DNA of 47,504 bases, from positions 41,629,639 through 41,677,142 of the forward strand of contig NC_068983.1 in the NCBI RefSeq assembly GCF_001194135.2, given 5' to 3'. Position numbers and translations under genes: made by a program. Source of the stretch: Octopus bimaculoides (lineage: Eukaryota). The notes under the pieces were generated by a model that did no database searches, was not told the origin of the DNA, and saw nothing but the letters and a program-made list of their open reading frames with translations. How positions within the stretch are numbered: the stretch's first letter is position 1; every line of letters begins with the position of its first letter. Below, piece after piece: positions 1 to 11,344 of the stretch.

Positions 1-95
1 CTCACATGGTCGACCTCAGGCTATAGTTGAATATACTTGCCCAAGGTTCCACGGGACCATGTGCTTGGGAAGCCAACTTCTTACCACCGTGCCTG
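1..95 (-). mobile_element. SINE-A 5' half, degenerate, truncated by window edge
   Basis: Reverse complement matches the other SINE-A copies (ggtaagaagttggcttccc...ccttgggcaagtatattcaactatagcctgaggtcgacc). Confidence 0.7.
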
Positions 96-262
96 TTTGT
101 TAGTTGCTGATTAAAAACCCGTTATCTCCTCATTTGTATCTTACTCTAATTTCCGTTTCATTTATCAAACCTTAAATCAGTCACCAACTGAGTGACAGGG
201 GTCTTTCTGACAGAGAACACAACGAGCAGAATAGAGATTAGTAAGTGAACTTCTGGTATGTG

Positions 263-296
<34 letters not shown>

Positions 297-1562
297 ACTT
301 AAAGAAGGTAGTTGGACAGTGGTGAGTTAGCAGAAATGATATAGTGCCCCCTACTGTCTTCTTTTATTCTCTCTGCCTTCTATGTTTATTGCTACTCTGA
401 ACGACCTTACCCTTTGAGAGGACAATCGTATTTGCATTCAATTGCTTGTCTTGTTTAAAGTACGGATCTGCTGCATTGTTGATTGTATCTTGTTTTTCAT
501 CTTCTTGCTGTGAGTTCAAATCGAGCCAAAAACGACTCTATTTCTCATTTCCTTAATGAGATGCTGGGTACGTTTTAATTATCCGTTGCAATTTAAGCTT
601 TTCAAATAACTGAAATACTTCTCTTGTTTTTTTCTGCGTGTATATAAAGGTAATAATTTAAACGAGGAAAGAGGGAGTGAAATTGACTTTATACACGTTT
701 CTGTAAACAGACATTATCTATTCCATACCTCATACCTTGTTATACAGTTCATGCAACATTATGAAATACGTGGCATAATATATGGAAATATGTAATAATA
801 ACCCTACAGTCAGTTCCCTTCTTCAGATATCATTTGAAGGCACGACCAACCAATATATATATATATAACATATGCAACGGGACAAATTTTAGCCATTTCT
901 CCGCAGACTGAAAAAACGAACAACCATAATCGATTTTCGAACCTTATTGGGTTATATATATATATATATATATATATNNNNNNNNNNNNNNNNNNNNNNN
1001 NNNNNNNNNNNNNNNNNNNNNNNNNNNNNNNNNNNNNNNNNNNNNNNNNNNNNNNNNNNNNNNNNNNNNNNNNNNNNNNNNNNNNNNNNNNNNNNNNNNN
1101 NNNNNNNNNNNNNNNNNNNNNNNNNNNNNNNNNNNNNNNNNNNNNNNNNNNNNNNNNNNNAAAAAAAAAAAAATCTTAGTTTATGATTTTCAGCTGTTTT
1201 GCTTTTTCTACAACTATGGCATGTCTCCTCCCAGTTACATACAACACAGAATCAGGTAATCTGGTGTTCTTTCAAACTACCACTAGAAACATATTCCCTA
1301 CGTAATTGGTAGATATATGTTCGTTGTGAGGTCGTAGGCATTATTACTAGCTTGCAGTGCGATGTATGGTGTGACTCTCAAAGATGAGAAACAATAAAAC
1401 CTTGAATTACAGCCTCTTATTAGAATTTACTGATATATGATATACTGGCCTTAATATTTTTCAAAAACACGCTTTTACTGCATGTACATTACTATATTTT
1501 ACTTTCTATGTGTATGCGTGTGTGTGTGTAGGAAGAGAAATTAGTTATAGATTCTATAGAAT

Positions 1563-2200
1563 TTAGATGCTTCCACATGTAAGACGCCAGAATTTGCCAG
1601 GTATCATGTGTTGGTAGTATACCGTATATATATGCAAGTACCAAATCCAATTTAAACAGCAGATCCGACTCGGGGTTGGTTCTAGGTTCAGCGCAATCTC
1701 ATTTGTGTTCTTTAGTATGTCCTTTGTCAGGACGATATAATTCTTTTGAGCACTGTTGTCAAGTTGGAATTTGAACAACAGATTAGTTTCCGTAGAACAA
1801 TTACTCTCAAAGAAGCAGTCACATGTAGGAATGAAGTTACAAGTTGGAGAAGCGACTGGGTTAGTGTTGTTGGAATAGTTGCCAGAATTAAAATGTTTGA
1901 GAGAGCTTGCAAAATTTTCACAAGAATAGCTTATTTTAATCGTATTGCTATTAAAAAGCTTATTGTATTTATGATTTATCGGAAGATGGAAAGAGATTAT
2001 ATTTAAGAAGTTTCTGTCAATATAGGTGCGGACGTTAAACTAAAAACTGGATTATGCAATAGAATGTTTCTTGGTCTGTTTTGCGCTTGGAAACATTAAT
2101 ACAAATTGTGTATTGTACTTTATTTGAAAAAACAATACTACAAAGTGGTTTCTTAGACAAATGTCGCTATTTTGGAATTGTCTACTCATAGATATTTCTG
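1563..2200 (-). pseudogene. Penelope-like element relic: C-terminal ORF with linker Cys motif and GIY-YIG endonuclease
   Basis: Stop-free minus frame 2039->1563 reads FNVRTYIDRNFLNIISFHLPINHKYNKLFNSNTIKISYSC...CNFIPTCDCFFESNCSTETNLLFKFQLDNSAQKNYIVLTK...WIWYL. Adjacent frames give NRPRNILLHNPVFSL upstream and WQILA downstream. This matches the Penelope pattern R.IIWFNPPFS.NV.T.I...FL..I..HFP..H...K.FN.NT.K.SYSC...CNC...CP..G.C...YIG.T. Confidence 0.8.
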
Positions 2201-2295
2201 TCTCCAATACTAGGACTCGTGGGGTCGCTTGCCCGGTTTCCACGGCAATTAGGTGACCTGGATCACGTCGTTCTTCCTGAATAAGATGAAATCCG

Positions 2296-2545
2296 TTGCG
2301 CTTGGTTTAGTGTTTACGGTGTTGGACTCATGATTATAAGATTGTGGTTTCGATTTTTGGACCGGGCGACGCGTTGGGTTCTTGAGCAAAACACTTCATT
2401 TCACGTTGCTCCAGTCCCCCTCAGCTGGTAAAAATGAGTAACCCTGCGACGGATCGGCGTCCCGTCCAGTGGGGAAGGATACATGCGCCATGGGAGTCTT
2501 GAAACCATCCCTATGAATCCCCATGACTCGGGAAGGATCTTTATC
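2296..2545 (+). mobile_element. SINE-B-type head + CORE-like domain with an alternative 3' tail
   Basis: tRNA-like head (ttggtttagtg...ggtttcgat), then cttgagcaaaacacttcatttcacgttgctccagtc...cagctggtaaaaatgagta, then the tail ccctgcgacggatcggcgtcccgtccag, which differs from the other SINE-B tails. Confidence 0.7.
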
Positions 2546-2554
2546 TTTTGATCC

Positions 2555-2700
2555 ATTGCAAGGTTACTGTGTAGACTGGAGCAACATGAAATTAAGAATT
2601 TTGTTCAAAAACACAACGCAACGCTCGATTCGAGAATCGAAACCACGACGTTTCGATCTTGAGTGCAACACTCTAGCCACCAGGCCACGCGTCTTCACAC
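2555..2700 (-). mobile_element. SINE-B head + CORE-like fragment
   Basis: Reverse complement: gtgaagacgcgtggcctggtggctagagtg...ggtttcgattctcg...gtttttgaacaaaattcttaatttcatgttgctccagtc. Confidence 0.65.
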
Positions 2701-3277
2701 TCAAGGATTAGCAATGCAATATGAAGTACATAGTTTTGGCATATGATATGCATCTCGAAATAGGAGCTATTTTCTAAACCATAATGCTCTACCACATTAA
2801 AATGGAACCACCGTATATTTGGTGTATGGACTTAAGCTCCGTAAATTTATAGTATTGTCTTGAGTTTTCTAATACTTCTAGAAAATTCTCGAATCTGTTG
2901 GATGTTCCCGTAATTCTCCTTATCTCCATTAAATAACGATTAACGAAATGAATTGAAACCTAATCCTATCCTCTTTGTAATTTAATTATTCATATTTTCA
3001 TAATGGCTTTGTCTTTCTCTTCTGAAATCTCTGTTTTGTTTATGCATGCATGCATGTATGTATGTATAATGTGTGTATATAATATATATGTGTATTTGTG
3101 TACATATATCTATTATTATATACATATAACTATGTGTATGTGTGTCGGATATTATTAAGTATAAGTGAAACATATATTTAATATAAGAATCTAAATAATA
3201 GACGAACATAGAAATTAATTCGAGTAAGCCATTTTAATGCATCGATATACGCTTTCTTTCTTTCTCATCCTCCTACG

Positions 3278-3318
<41 letters not shown>

Positions 3319-3842
3319 CTCTCTCTCGCTCTCTCTTCCATCTTATCTATCTTTCCCTCACTCTTACCTTCCATACACCTATAACGATGCACACAGGTAG
3401 GTCTGCTCTAAAAAAATCACCTACACACACAATAATCTCGAAATAATGGTCCGTTCAAAATTGAAAATGTTTTCTCCATTTGTCATTGGCGTTTGATGGA
3501 CACAGTGAAGCCAGACCAAGTAATCAAATATCTAACGAATTCTGGTTTTTGTTCTCTCTCTTTCTTTCTCTCTCTCTCTCTCTCTCCCTCCACACACTGT
3601 ACTGTCTTTCAGGCTGACTGTGTATCTGCTCAGAGACATGTGTACACAGTTTGTTTTTTGCAGGCGCGCATATATATACATATGCGCCTATCCTTTTGTC
3701 CTCAATGCCAACTCCATAAAATGAAAGACAGAGCTGATCTTCGCATTATTTGATATCAAAAAAGCACAGGGCCGAACAAATACCGCAGGCGCACACATTC
3801 AGCGCCTTACAACACATACATACATATATACATGCATGCATA

Positions 3843-4250
3843 GTGAAAAAGAGAACACCTATGCTGAACTATTGAGAAATCTGCAGTTACTCTATCCAGA
3901 TAAGTTCAGGTTTATACCTGTAAATATTGAAATGCTGGGATATGGAGCACACTGCCTAAAAACCATTCTTGAAAAATTAGGCTTCTCAAAACCAGAAAGG
4001 AGAAAGCTAATTCGAAGACTACAGATCAATTCATCACTGGAACTGTAAAAATCTTTAAAACTTTCCAGAAGATATGCGACTATATGCATGGGAATACATA
4101 CATAAAACACACAAATCTGCACATACATACAAACAAATAAAAATACCCTGTTGTTGATGTTGAAATTCCAAAGACAGTTTTGGATCTAGGTTTCAAACTG
4201 GTTCTTTCTCTGTTGGCAAGAAATCTTGAAATAAACTGAATATTTTCATA
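3843..4250 (+). mobile_element. 3' end of an RLE-type non-LTR retrotransposon (R4/Dong-like): ORF C-terminus + 3' UTR
   Basis: SEKENTYAELLRNLQLLYPDKFRFIPVNIEMLGYGAHCLKTILEKLGF...IRRLQI, then after a frameshift SITGTVKIFKTFQK. This fits the EK..KY..L...L......IPV.IGALG...LQ....GT..I motif that follows the RLE domain. The 3' UTR is shared with copies at 14540 and 40770. Confidence 0.7.
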
Positions 4251-4714
4251 CATACATACCAATTAATCCGACAGTAATTCTTTTCATGCTAAGATATTTT
4301 GTAGTCAAATCATTTTTGGGATCTTTCAAACATTTATGTAGAGAGAATCGTCCCCGAGTCTTTGTCAGTGTCGTTTCTTAATGGTTATCATTCAGATCGG
4401 TTGTTTTGGTCAAAGCACGTCACAAGGACAAAGATGTTGTTGATTCTGTTATCTGGTCAGCGTGCACAGGAACTTGAATTTCTGAAGCTTCGTTCATCAT
4501 GCGAACTTGAAATATTCTAAGCGTACTGATTCGTGGTGTGACAATATAGATTTTTAAACGTTTGCCGCCCACCAGGTGTTCATTTTTGTTCGGCTGTTAT
4601 ATTTTGTTTGTGTTTATTTTATCATTCTGCTGAGTTTTTGAGCATAGCTTCTATTATCATCTTGCAAATCTGTCCATTAGAAAGGCTCCAATGTTTTACT
4701 TTAAGGCACTACTG

Positions 4715-5003
4715 TACTAATGCACTGATAATGCACGTCGGCTCATGATCATAAGGTCTCTGGTTCAATTCCCGGTGGCGCGTCCTGTCCTTGAGCAAGA
4801 CACTTTATTTCACGTTGCTCCAGTTCACTCAGCTGCCAAGATGTGTAGTACTAGTAATCCAAAGGGCTAACCTTGTCACATTCTGGGTTAAGGTTACGCG
4901 TGTCTATGGAGCGCTCAGCCACCTGCATGATAATTTCAGGAGCACGGTATTCTGCTGATCGGATCAACTCGAACCCTCGTCGTCCTAAGCGACGGAATGC
5001 CAG
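4715..5003 (+). mobile_element. SINE-B, old CORE-containing subfamily
   Basis: B-box ggttcaattcc; gtccttgagcaagacactttatttcacgttgctccag; tail gctcagccac...gatcggatcaactcgaaccctcgtcgtcctaagcgacgga. Confidence 0.8.
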
Positions 5004-5056
5004 GTTTTGTAGTTACTTGTAGCACTTAGAAATGCTTTTCTTTTTGTATTGAATAT

Positions 5057-5217
5057 AGGTGCAGGAGTGGCTGTGTGGTAAAGTAGCTTGCTTACCAACC
5101 ACATGGTCCCGGGTTCAGTCCCATTGCGTGGCAACTTGGGCGTCTTCTTCTATAGCCTTGGGCTGACCAAAGCCTTGTGAGTGGATTTGGTAGACGGAAA
5201 CTGAAAGAAGCCTGTCG

Positions 5218-5252
<35 letters not shown>
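5057..5252 (+). mobile_element. SINE-A 5' half ending in (AT)n at an assembly gap
   Basis: A-box tggctgtgtgg, B-box gggttcagtccc, ...gatttggtagacggaaactgaaagaagcctgtcgtatata. Confidence 0.9.
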
Positions 5253-6434
5253 NNNNNNNNNNNNNNNNNNNNNNNNNNNNNNNNNNNNNNNNNNNNNNNN
5301 NNNNNNNNNNNNNNNNNNNNNNNNNNNNNNNNNNNNNNNNNNNNNNNNNNNNNNNNNNNNNNNNNNNNNNNNNNNNNNNNNNNNNNNNNNNNNNNNNNNN
5401 NNNNNNNNNNNNNNNNNNNNNNNNNNNNNNNNNNNNNNNNNNNNNNNNNNNNNNNNNNNNNNNNNNNNNNNNNNNNNNNNNNNNNNNNNNNNNNNNNNNN
5501 NNNNNNNNNNNNNNNNNNNNNNNNNNNNNNNNNNNNNNNNNNNNNNNNNNNNNNNNNNNNNNNNNNNNNNNNNNNNNNNNNNNNNNNNNNNNNNNNNNNN
5601 NNNNNNNNNNNNNNNNNNNNNNNNNNNNNNNNNNNNNNNNNNNNNNNNNNNNNNNNNNNNNNNNNNNNNNNNNNNNNNNNNNNNNNNNNNNNNNNNNNNN
5701 NNNNNNNNNNNNNNNNNNNNNNNNNNNNNNNNNNNNNNNNNNNNNNNNNNNNNNNNNNNNNNNNNNNNNNNNNNNNNNNNNNNNNNNNNNNNNNNNNNNN
5801 NNNNNNNNNNNNNNNNNNNNNNNNNNNNNNNNNNNNNNNNNNNNNNNNNNNNNNNNNNNNNNNNNNNNNNNNNNNNNNNNNNNNNNNNNNNNNNNNNNNN
5901 NNNNNNNNNNNNNNNNNNNNNNNNNNNNNNNNNNNNNNNNNNNNNNNNNNNNNNNNNNNNNNNNNNNNNNNNNNNNNNNNNNNNNNNNNNNNNNNNNNNA
6001 ATATCAATAGAAATGTCTATTATTTTTTTATTATTCCATTTCTTTCAATTATTCTTGTTTTTCTCTTCTTTTTTTTTTTTGCACTCCTTTTAAAATTTGA
6101 ATTGGATGAATAGCTGCTGCTGCTGCTGCTGCTACTACTGCTATATGCAGTCCATTATTCACACCGCTGCTACTAATGTTGTATATTTACTTCTAATACC
6201 ACTGCTACAACTACTTGGGTGTTTTTAGTTGCAGAAATAAAATTGTATACATCTCAGATTCACGTGTGTGTGTATAAGTACATAGTGAGATGCATACATA
6301 CATACGTGTGTATGTAATGACATGTCTATATATAGATATAAAAATAGATGTAGGTTGATATCTGGATATATATGCTTATAGACATCTTTCTCCATATATA
6401 CATTATATACCTACATGCATAGATACATTACTAC

Positions 6435-6743
6435 GGCACTCCGTCGGTTACGACGACGAGGGTTCCAGTTGATCCAATCAACGGAACAGCCTGCTCATGA
6501 AATTAACTTGCAAGTGACTGAGCACTCTACAGACATGTGTACCATTAACGTAGTTCTCGGGGAGATTCAGTATGACAAGGCTGGCCCTTTGAAATACAGG
6601 TACAACAGAAACAGGAAGAAAGAGTGAAAGAAAGTTGTGGTGAAAGAGTACAGCAGGACTCTGTACCCCCAGTTTGGGAATCGAAACCACGATCCTACGA
6701 CCGCGAGTCTGCTGCCCTAACCACTGGGCTATTGCGCCTCCAC
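6435..6743 (-). mobile_element. SINE-B, near full length with internal deletions
   Basis: Reverse complement begins gtggaggcgcaatagcccagtggttaggg and ends ggaaccctcgtcgtcgtaaccgacggagtgcc. Confidence 0.9.
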
Positions 6744-6851
6744 ACACACACGCACACGCACACATACGCACATGCACACGTACATATTCGCATATATGAT
6801 ATACATATATAGGTTGATATATAGATATATGTACATACATATAATTATATG

Positions 6852-6907
<56 letters not shown>

Positions 6908-7582
6908 CACATACACACACGTGTGGGTCTGTTGTGTATGTGCGTGCGTTCTATAAAGTATTTCTCTTATTTGCATAGGAGACAGTTTCTTTAGATATTA
7001 TGCATCTTTCTCAATGAAGTAAGTAGGACTGGATGGAATATTTAACTGCTATTCAGCTTTATATAGCCTCCCTGCATTCACTCTAGGTTCTCATTCTTGG
7101 CTCAAATAATCACTGATATAATGAACCCCAAGAGGGTAAAATAGTGAAGTCGACTATTGAAAGCATTAGAACTCGAATGGAGATGTAAATAAAATTTGTC
7201 TTGTAGTGTGTGTGTTTGTGTGTGTGTATCAATCTGGTGTTTATAATTTATTACATAAGTAAGTACAGTTTTGATTGCTTGATAGACTCATTCGTTTTTG
7301 TTGCTTTTTTTTTTTTAGCTACTTGGCACCCCATGGTCATTTATATGAAAAATAGATGAAATTTACTCAAATTTCATAAACGATAAACAAGTTGTAGAGA
7401 AAGGATAGTACTATAATAATAATAACCTATAAAACCTTCCGGTTAGAATTAATTTTTGTGCTAATTCATATAACATAGGAAAGGATTAAAATAAATTGAA
7501 AAAAAAAAAGAAGACCGAAAGTAAAAGGATTTGTCTGACAACCCTGTGCGTGTAAAAAAAAAAAAGCAGCACTTCACGACAC

Positions 7583-7895
7583 CACGACACGCTCAAAGCC
7601 TCACTGAAGAGCTTTGAAATCAGTCGTGACACCTGAGAATCGCAAGCACAAGACAACACTCCGTGGCGAAGCTGCAGCAACCGAATAGAATTGCAGAGGC
7701 ATAAAAAGAAAAAAACCTGAATTACGCAAGTCCAGAGCCGACCTCTTGCATTAGGTCCTAATAGACCACCAGTGCTCAACCTGCGGCAGAGCCTTCTGAA
7801 CGCACATCGAACTGACTGGTCACACCAGGACACACAGTGTGCCGTCTTATTTCCTGTGATGCCCTTGGTCATCGTCGACAACGACGGAAGAACTA
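7583..7895 (+). pseudogene. 3' end of an RTE-clade (BovB-like) LINE with C-terminal C2H2 finger
   Basis: HDTLKASLKSFEISRDT*ESQAQDNTPWR (7583-), then in another frame DHQCSTCGRAF*THIELTGHTRTH (7764-7835). The 3' end ggtcatcgtcgacaacgacggaagaac is followed by (CA)n. Confidence 0.85.
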
Positions 7896-7966
7896 ATGTT
7901 TATACACACACACACACACACTTTGAAATGTATGTATATGTGTGTGTGTGTGTGTATACACTATAA

Positions 7967-8262
7967 AGGCGCTTGGTTTAGTGGTTAGGGTAATCGGTTC
8001 ACGATCGTAATTCCCTGAGTTCGATTCGCGACTACACGTTGTATTCTTGAGCAAGGCACTTTATTTCACGTTGCTCCTGTTCACTCAGCTGGCAAAATAT
8101 GAGTAGAACCTGTATTTCAAAAGGCCAGCCTTGTCACGATGAATTACGCTGAATCTCCCTGAAAACCTCGCTAACAGTTATGTGTCTGTGAAGTGCTCAG
8201 CCATTTGCACGTTAATTTCACAAGCAGGCTGTTCCGTTGATTAGATCAACTGGAAACCTTGT
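7967..8262 (+). mobile_element. SINE-B, CORE-containing subfamily
   Basis: ggcgcttggtttagtggttaggg...gagttcgattc...cttgagcaaggcactttatttcacgttgctcc...gtgctcagccatttgcacgttaatttcac. Confidence 0.85.
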
Positions 8263-8399
8263 CCGCAATTAAGAGTGGGAATAAAATAACACTCGAATAC
8301 GAGTAGTATCCCGTTATTTTGAAAGATTAGTTGTCGAGTTGGTTATCATGAATACTTCTTTAGTAACAGTTTCTATGAAATTTTTTTTCAAATTCAGTA

Positions 8400-8401
<2 letters not shown>

Positions 8402-8479
<78 letters not shown>
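8402..8479. repeat. (CA)n microsatellite
   Basis: Uninterrupted CA tract of about 78 bp. Confidence 0.95.
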
Positions 8480-8484
<5 letters not shown>

Positions 8485-9010
8485 TGAAGGGAGCCAATCA
8501 TAGGGACTTCTATATGGAGGCCCGTCTTGTAATTGTCTAATCACCATTCGTATTTCCTATTATATTATTGTAATATTACGCGCGCTCTTTATACGCACGC
8601 ATTTCATGTAATTGATTCTATTTGGTAACGCTGAAAACCGAAGGCTTGCCTAAAAGTCACTTCTATTCAAGACTTCTGCATGTTAATCATCTCTTGCGGA
8701 GAGAGAGAATGAGAGAGCAGTCTAAAATATCAGAAATTTGGAATAGGTCCTGCCACAGATTGCGAAATGTTTCCCCAGCAATACTGATAGATAATTTGAG
8801 AAAGGCAATTTTACTTGTAACAGGCGTTCAAACAAAAGGAAACTTGTAAATATAACATGTTTATCAGACACAGTTATACAGTCATCCCTCGACTATCGCT
8901 GGTGTTACGTTCCAAAACTTCCCACAGAAATAATGTAAATCTGAAAAAGTATAAATACCTATCGGCCCGAGAAATCCACGATATACTGAGGAGTCCGCGA
9001 TATAAACTGA

Positions 9011-9225
9011 GGAGGCTAAATATAGAGGAGACAAGCAAGGACAGACAAAGGGATTAAGTCGATTACATCGACCCCAGTGTGTAACTGGTACTTATTTAAT
9101 CGACCCCGAAAGAATGAAAGGCAAAGTCGACCTTGGTGGAATTTGAACTCAGAACGTAAAGACAGACGAAATACCGCTAAGCATTTCGCCCGGCGTGCGA
9201 ACGTTTCTGCCAGCTCGCCGCCTTA
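9011..9225 (-). mobile_element. SINE-C
   Basis: Reverse complement: aaggcggcgagctggcagaaacgttcgcacgccgggcg...gagttcaaattccaccaaggtcgactttgcctttcattctttcggggtcga. The central block resembles, from recall, the Meta/Sauria-type SINE domain. Confidence 0.9.
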
Positions 9226-9273
9226 AAGTTACATATATTACCCAGAAAAAAATCCGCGATAGATGAACCGCGA

Positions 9274-9508
9274 TAAGGCGGTGAGCTGGCAGAAACGTTA
9301 GCACGCCGGGCGAAATGCTTAGCTGTATTTCGTCTGCCGTTACGTTCTGAGTTCAAATTCCGCCGAGGTCGACTTTGCCTTTCATCCTTTCGGGGTCGAT
9401 AAATTAAGCACCAGTTAAGCACTGGGGTCGATGTAATCGACTTAATCCGTTTGTCTGTCCTTGTTTGTCCCCTCTATGTTTAGCCCCTTGTGGGCAATAA
9501 ATAAATAA
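9274..9508 (+). mobile_element. SINE-C, full length, tail type 2 (aatccgtttgtctgtccttg...gcaataaataaataag)
   Basis: Complete head, central domain and tail. Confidence 0.9.
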
Positions 9509-9895
9509 GGAGGGATTACTGTATACCTTATATCTTTCTATATTACGTTTATTTTATTTATAATAAAGCGTTGAAAATTGTTATCGATTTATGTTTAAAT
9601 TTGATTTCATATCTGACGAAGTTATATTTGGGAATAATCTAAAAGTGAGCAACGTTAATTATGGTACAAACCGTTGAATTTAAATATTGTTTGTATAATG
9701 AATATTTTTTTCTCTTAAATCTACGTACAATTATATCACATGGCCAGGTGGATAGGGTACCCGAAAATCACCCTATTGATTGGTTATTTTTATTCTACCT
9801 CAAGCACTGTGATCTGTGGCTATGGGTAAGATAGTGTTAAAACAACTGACCTCTCCACTCGTTATTGTTGTATAACCCTGGGTTAGTTTTCATTA

Positions 9896-10606
9896 GTGGA
9901 GGCGCAATGGCCCAGTGGTTAGGGCAGCGGATTCGCGGTCATAGGATCGCGGTTTCGATTCCCAGACCGGGCGTTCTGAGTGTTTATTGAGCGAAAACAC
10001 CTGAAGCTCCACGATTCTCCGGCAGGGGATGGTGGCGAACCCTGCTGTACTCTTTCACCACAATTTTCTCTCACTCTTTCTTCCTGTTTCTGTTGTGCCT
10101 GTAATTCAAAGGGTCAGCCTTGTCACACTGTGTCACGTTGAATATCCCCGAGAACTACGTTAAGGGTACACGTGTCTGTGGAGTGCTCAGCCACTTGCAC
10201 GTTAATTTCACGAGCAGGCTGTTCCGTTGATCGGATCAACTGGANNNNNNNNNNCGCGGTCATAGGATCGCGGTTTCGATTCCCAGACCGGGCGTTCTGA
10301 GTGTTTATTGAGCGAAAACACCTGAAGCTCCACGATTCTCCGGCAGGGGATGGTGGCGAACCCTGCTGTACTCTTTCACCACAATTTTCTCTCACTCTTT
10401 CTTCCTGTTTCTGTTGTGCCTGTAATTCAAAGGGTCAGCCTTGTCACACTGTGTCACGTTGAATATCCCCGAGAACTACGTTAAGGGTACACGTGTCTGT
10501 GGAGTGCTCAGCCACTTGCACGTTAATTTCACGAGCAGGCTGTTCCGTTGATCGGATCAACTGGAACCCTCGACGTCGTAAGCGATGGAGTGCCAACAAC
10601 AACTAC
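9896..10606 (+). mobile_element. SINE-B (young non-CORE subfamily); one insertion probably assembled twice across a 10-N gap
   Basis: An 11-bp TSD agttttcatta at 9885-9895 and 10607-10617 brackets both halves, and 9934-10244 appears identical to 10255-10565. Confidence 0.85.
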
Positions 10607-10659
10607 AGTTTTCATTAAGCAGGCCTATGTCACGCTCTGTATGTCGAATTTACATCGTT

Positions 10660-11040
10660 TTACTATCATTCCAGCGGTGACCACCTCCGATTACTTCCTT
10701 GTTAATAGTATCGGATCTGGTCTATCCAATATCTTCACTCATTTTGAAGATGACAGAATGAAATGTGACTGAAATTTGGTCCCTAATCGCGGGATCACGT
10801 ATAAGAGACATCTTCAACGATTAGCTCTGGTTGTGCATTGTAAAAGTGACAAATGGTAACTCTTTCTGTGTCTTGGAGACAGATGTGCACCGCCAGTTTG
10901 ATTTGCCCAGTACATAGTCTTCGGTAGTGTCTTTACCATTCTTACGTTGCCATCCACCATTTCTTGGATCAAAGACTTAAGTATCTTGGCACCGATATTT
11001 AAACTGTTGAACTTATGGAATGAAATGTTCAAAGTAAAGT
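10660..11040 (+). pseudogene. Highly decayed CR1/L2-like reverse transcriptase fragment
   Basis: YFLVNSIGSGLSNIFTHFEDD resembles the FLIYINDL...FADD motif. It is followed by LQRL...KW*L.L...C and later LKYLGTDI, with stops and frameshifts. Confidence 0.4.
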
Positions 11041-11174
11041 AGGAATAACATACAACAAAGATTCGTTTCCCGGTTTTATAATTTCACTTCATTACTGCCG
11101 TTAAAATGCATGAATTTCACATATTTCATTGTTTTTGTAATCCACATCTCTCTCTCTTTCTCTCNNNNNNNNNN

Positions 11175-11230
11175 CCGTCCAACCCATGCCAGCATGAAAA
11201 GCGGACGTTAAACGATGATGATGAATGATG
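11175..11230 (+). mobile_element. 3' tail of an RTE-like LINE/SINE ending in (GAT)n
   Basis: ccgtccaacccatgccagcatgaaaagcggacgttaaacgatgatgatga directly after a gap. Confidence 0.5.
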
Positions 11231-11344
11231 ATCCATTGCCTGTAAAATAGAGAACATATAAAATTGTCATTTCCTTGGGGTTTTCGGCATCAGATGTGTG
11301 TATGCGTGCATGTATTTGTGTGTGTGTGTGTGTAAAAGTCTATG

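Larger units (their letters stand above)
8879..9521. mobile_element. Tc1/mariner-Tigger(pogo)-like MITE, interrupted by two SINE-C copies
   Basis: Left end ta|cagtcatccctcgactatcgc. The right end is split as ccgcgata...[SINE-C]...gagggattactg|ta. TA flanks both ends. A sister left end lies at 47352. Confidence 0.75.

Noticed and set aside
9896-10606. Apparent tandem SINE-B dimer
   Set aside because: 9934-10244 and 10255-10565 appear identical, including private variants, either side of a 10-N gap, and one TSD pair brackets both. This is most likely unmerged overlapping contig ends.
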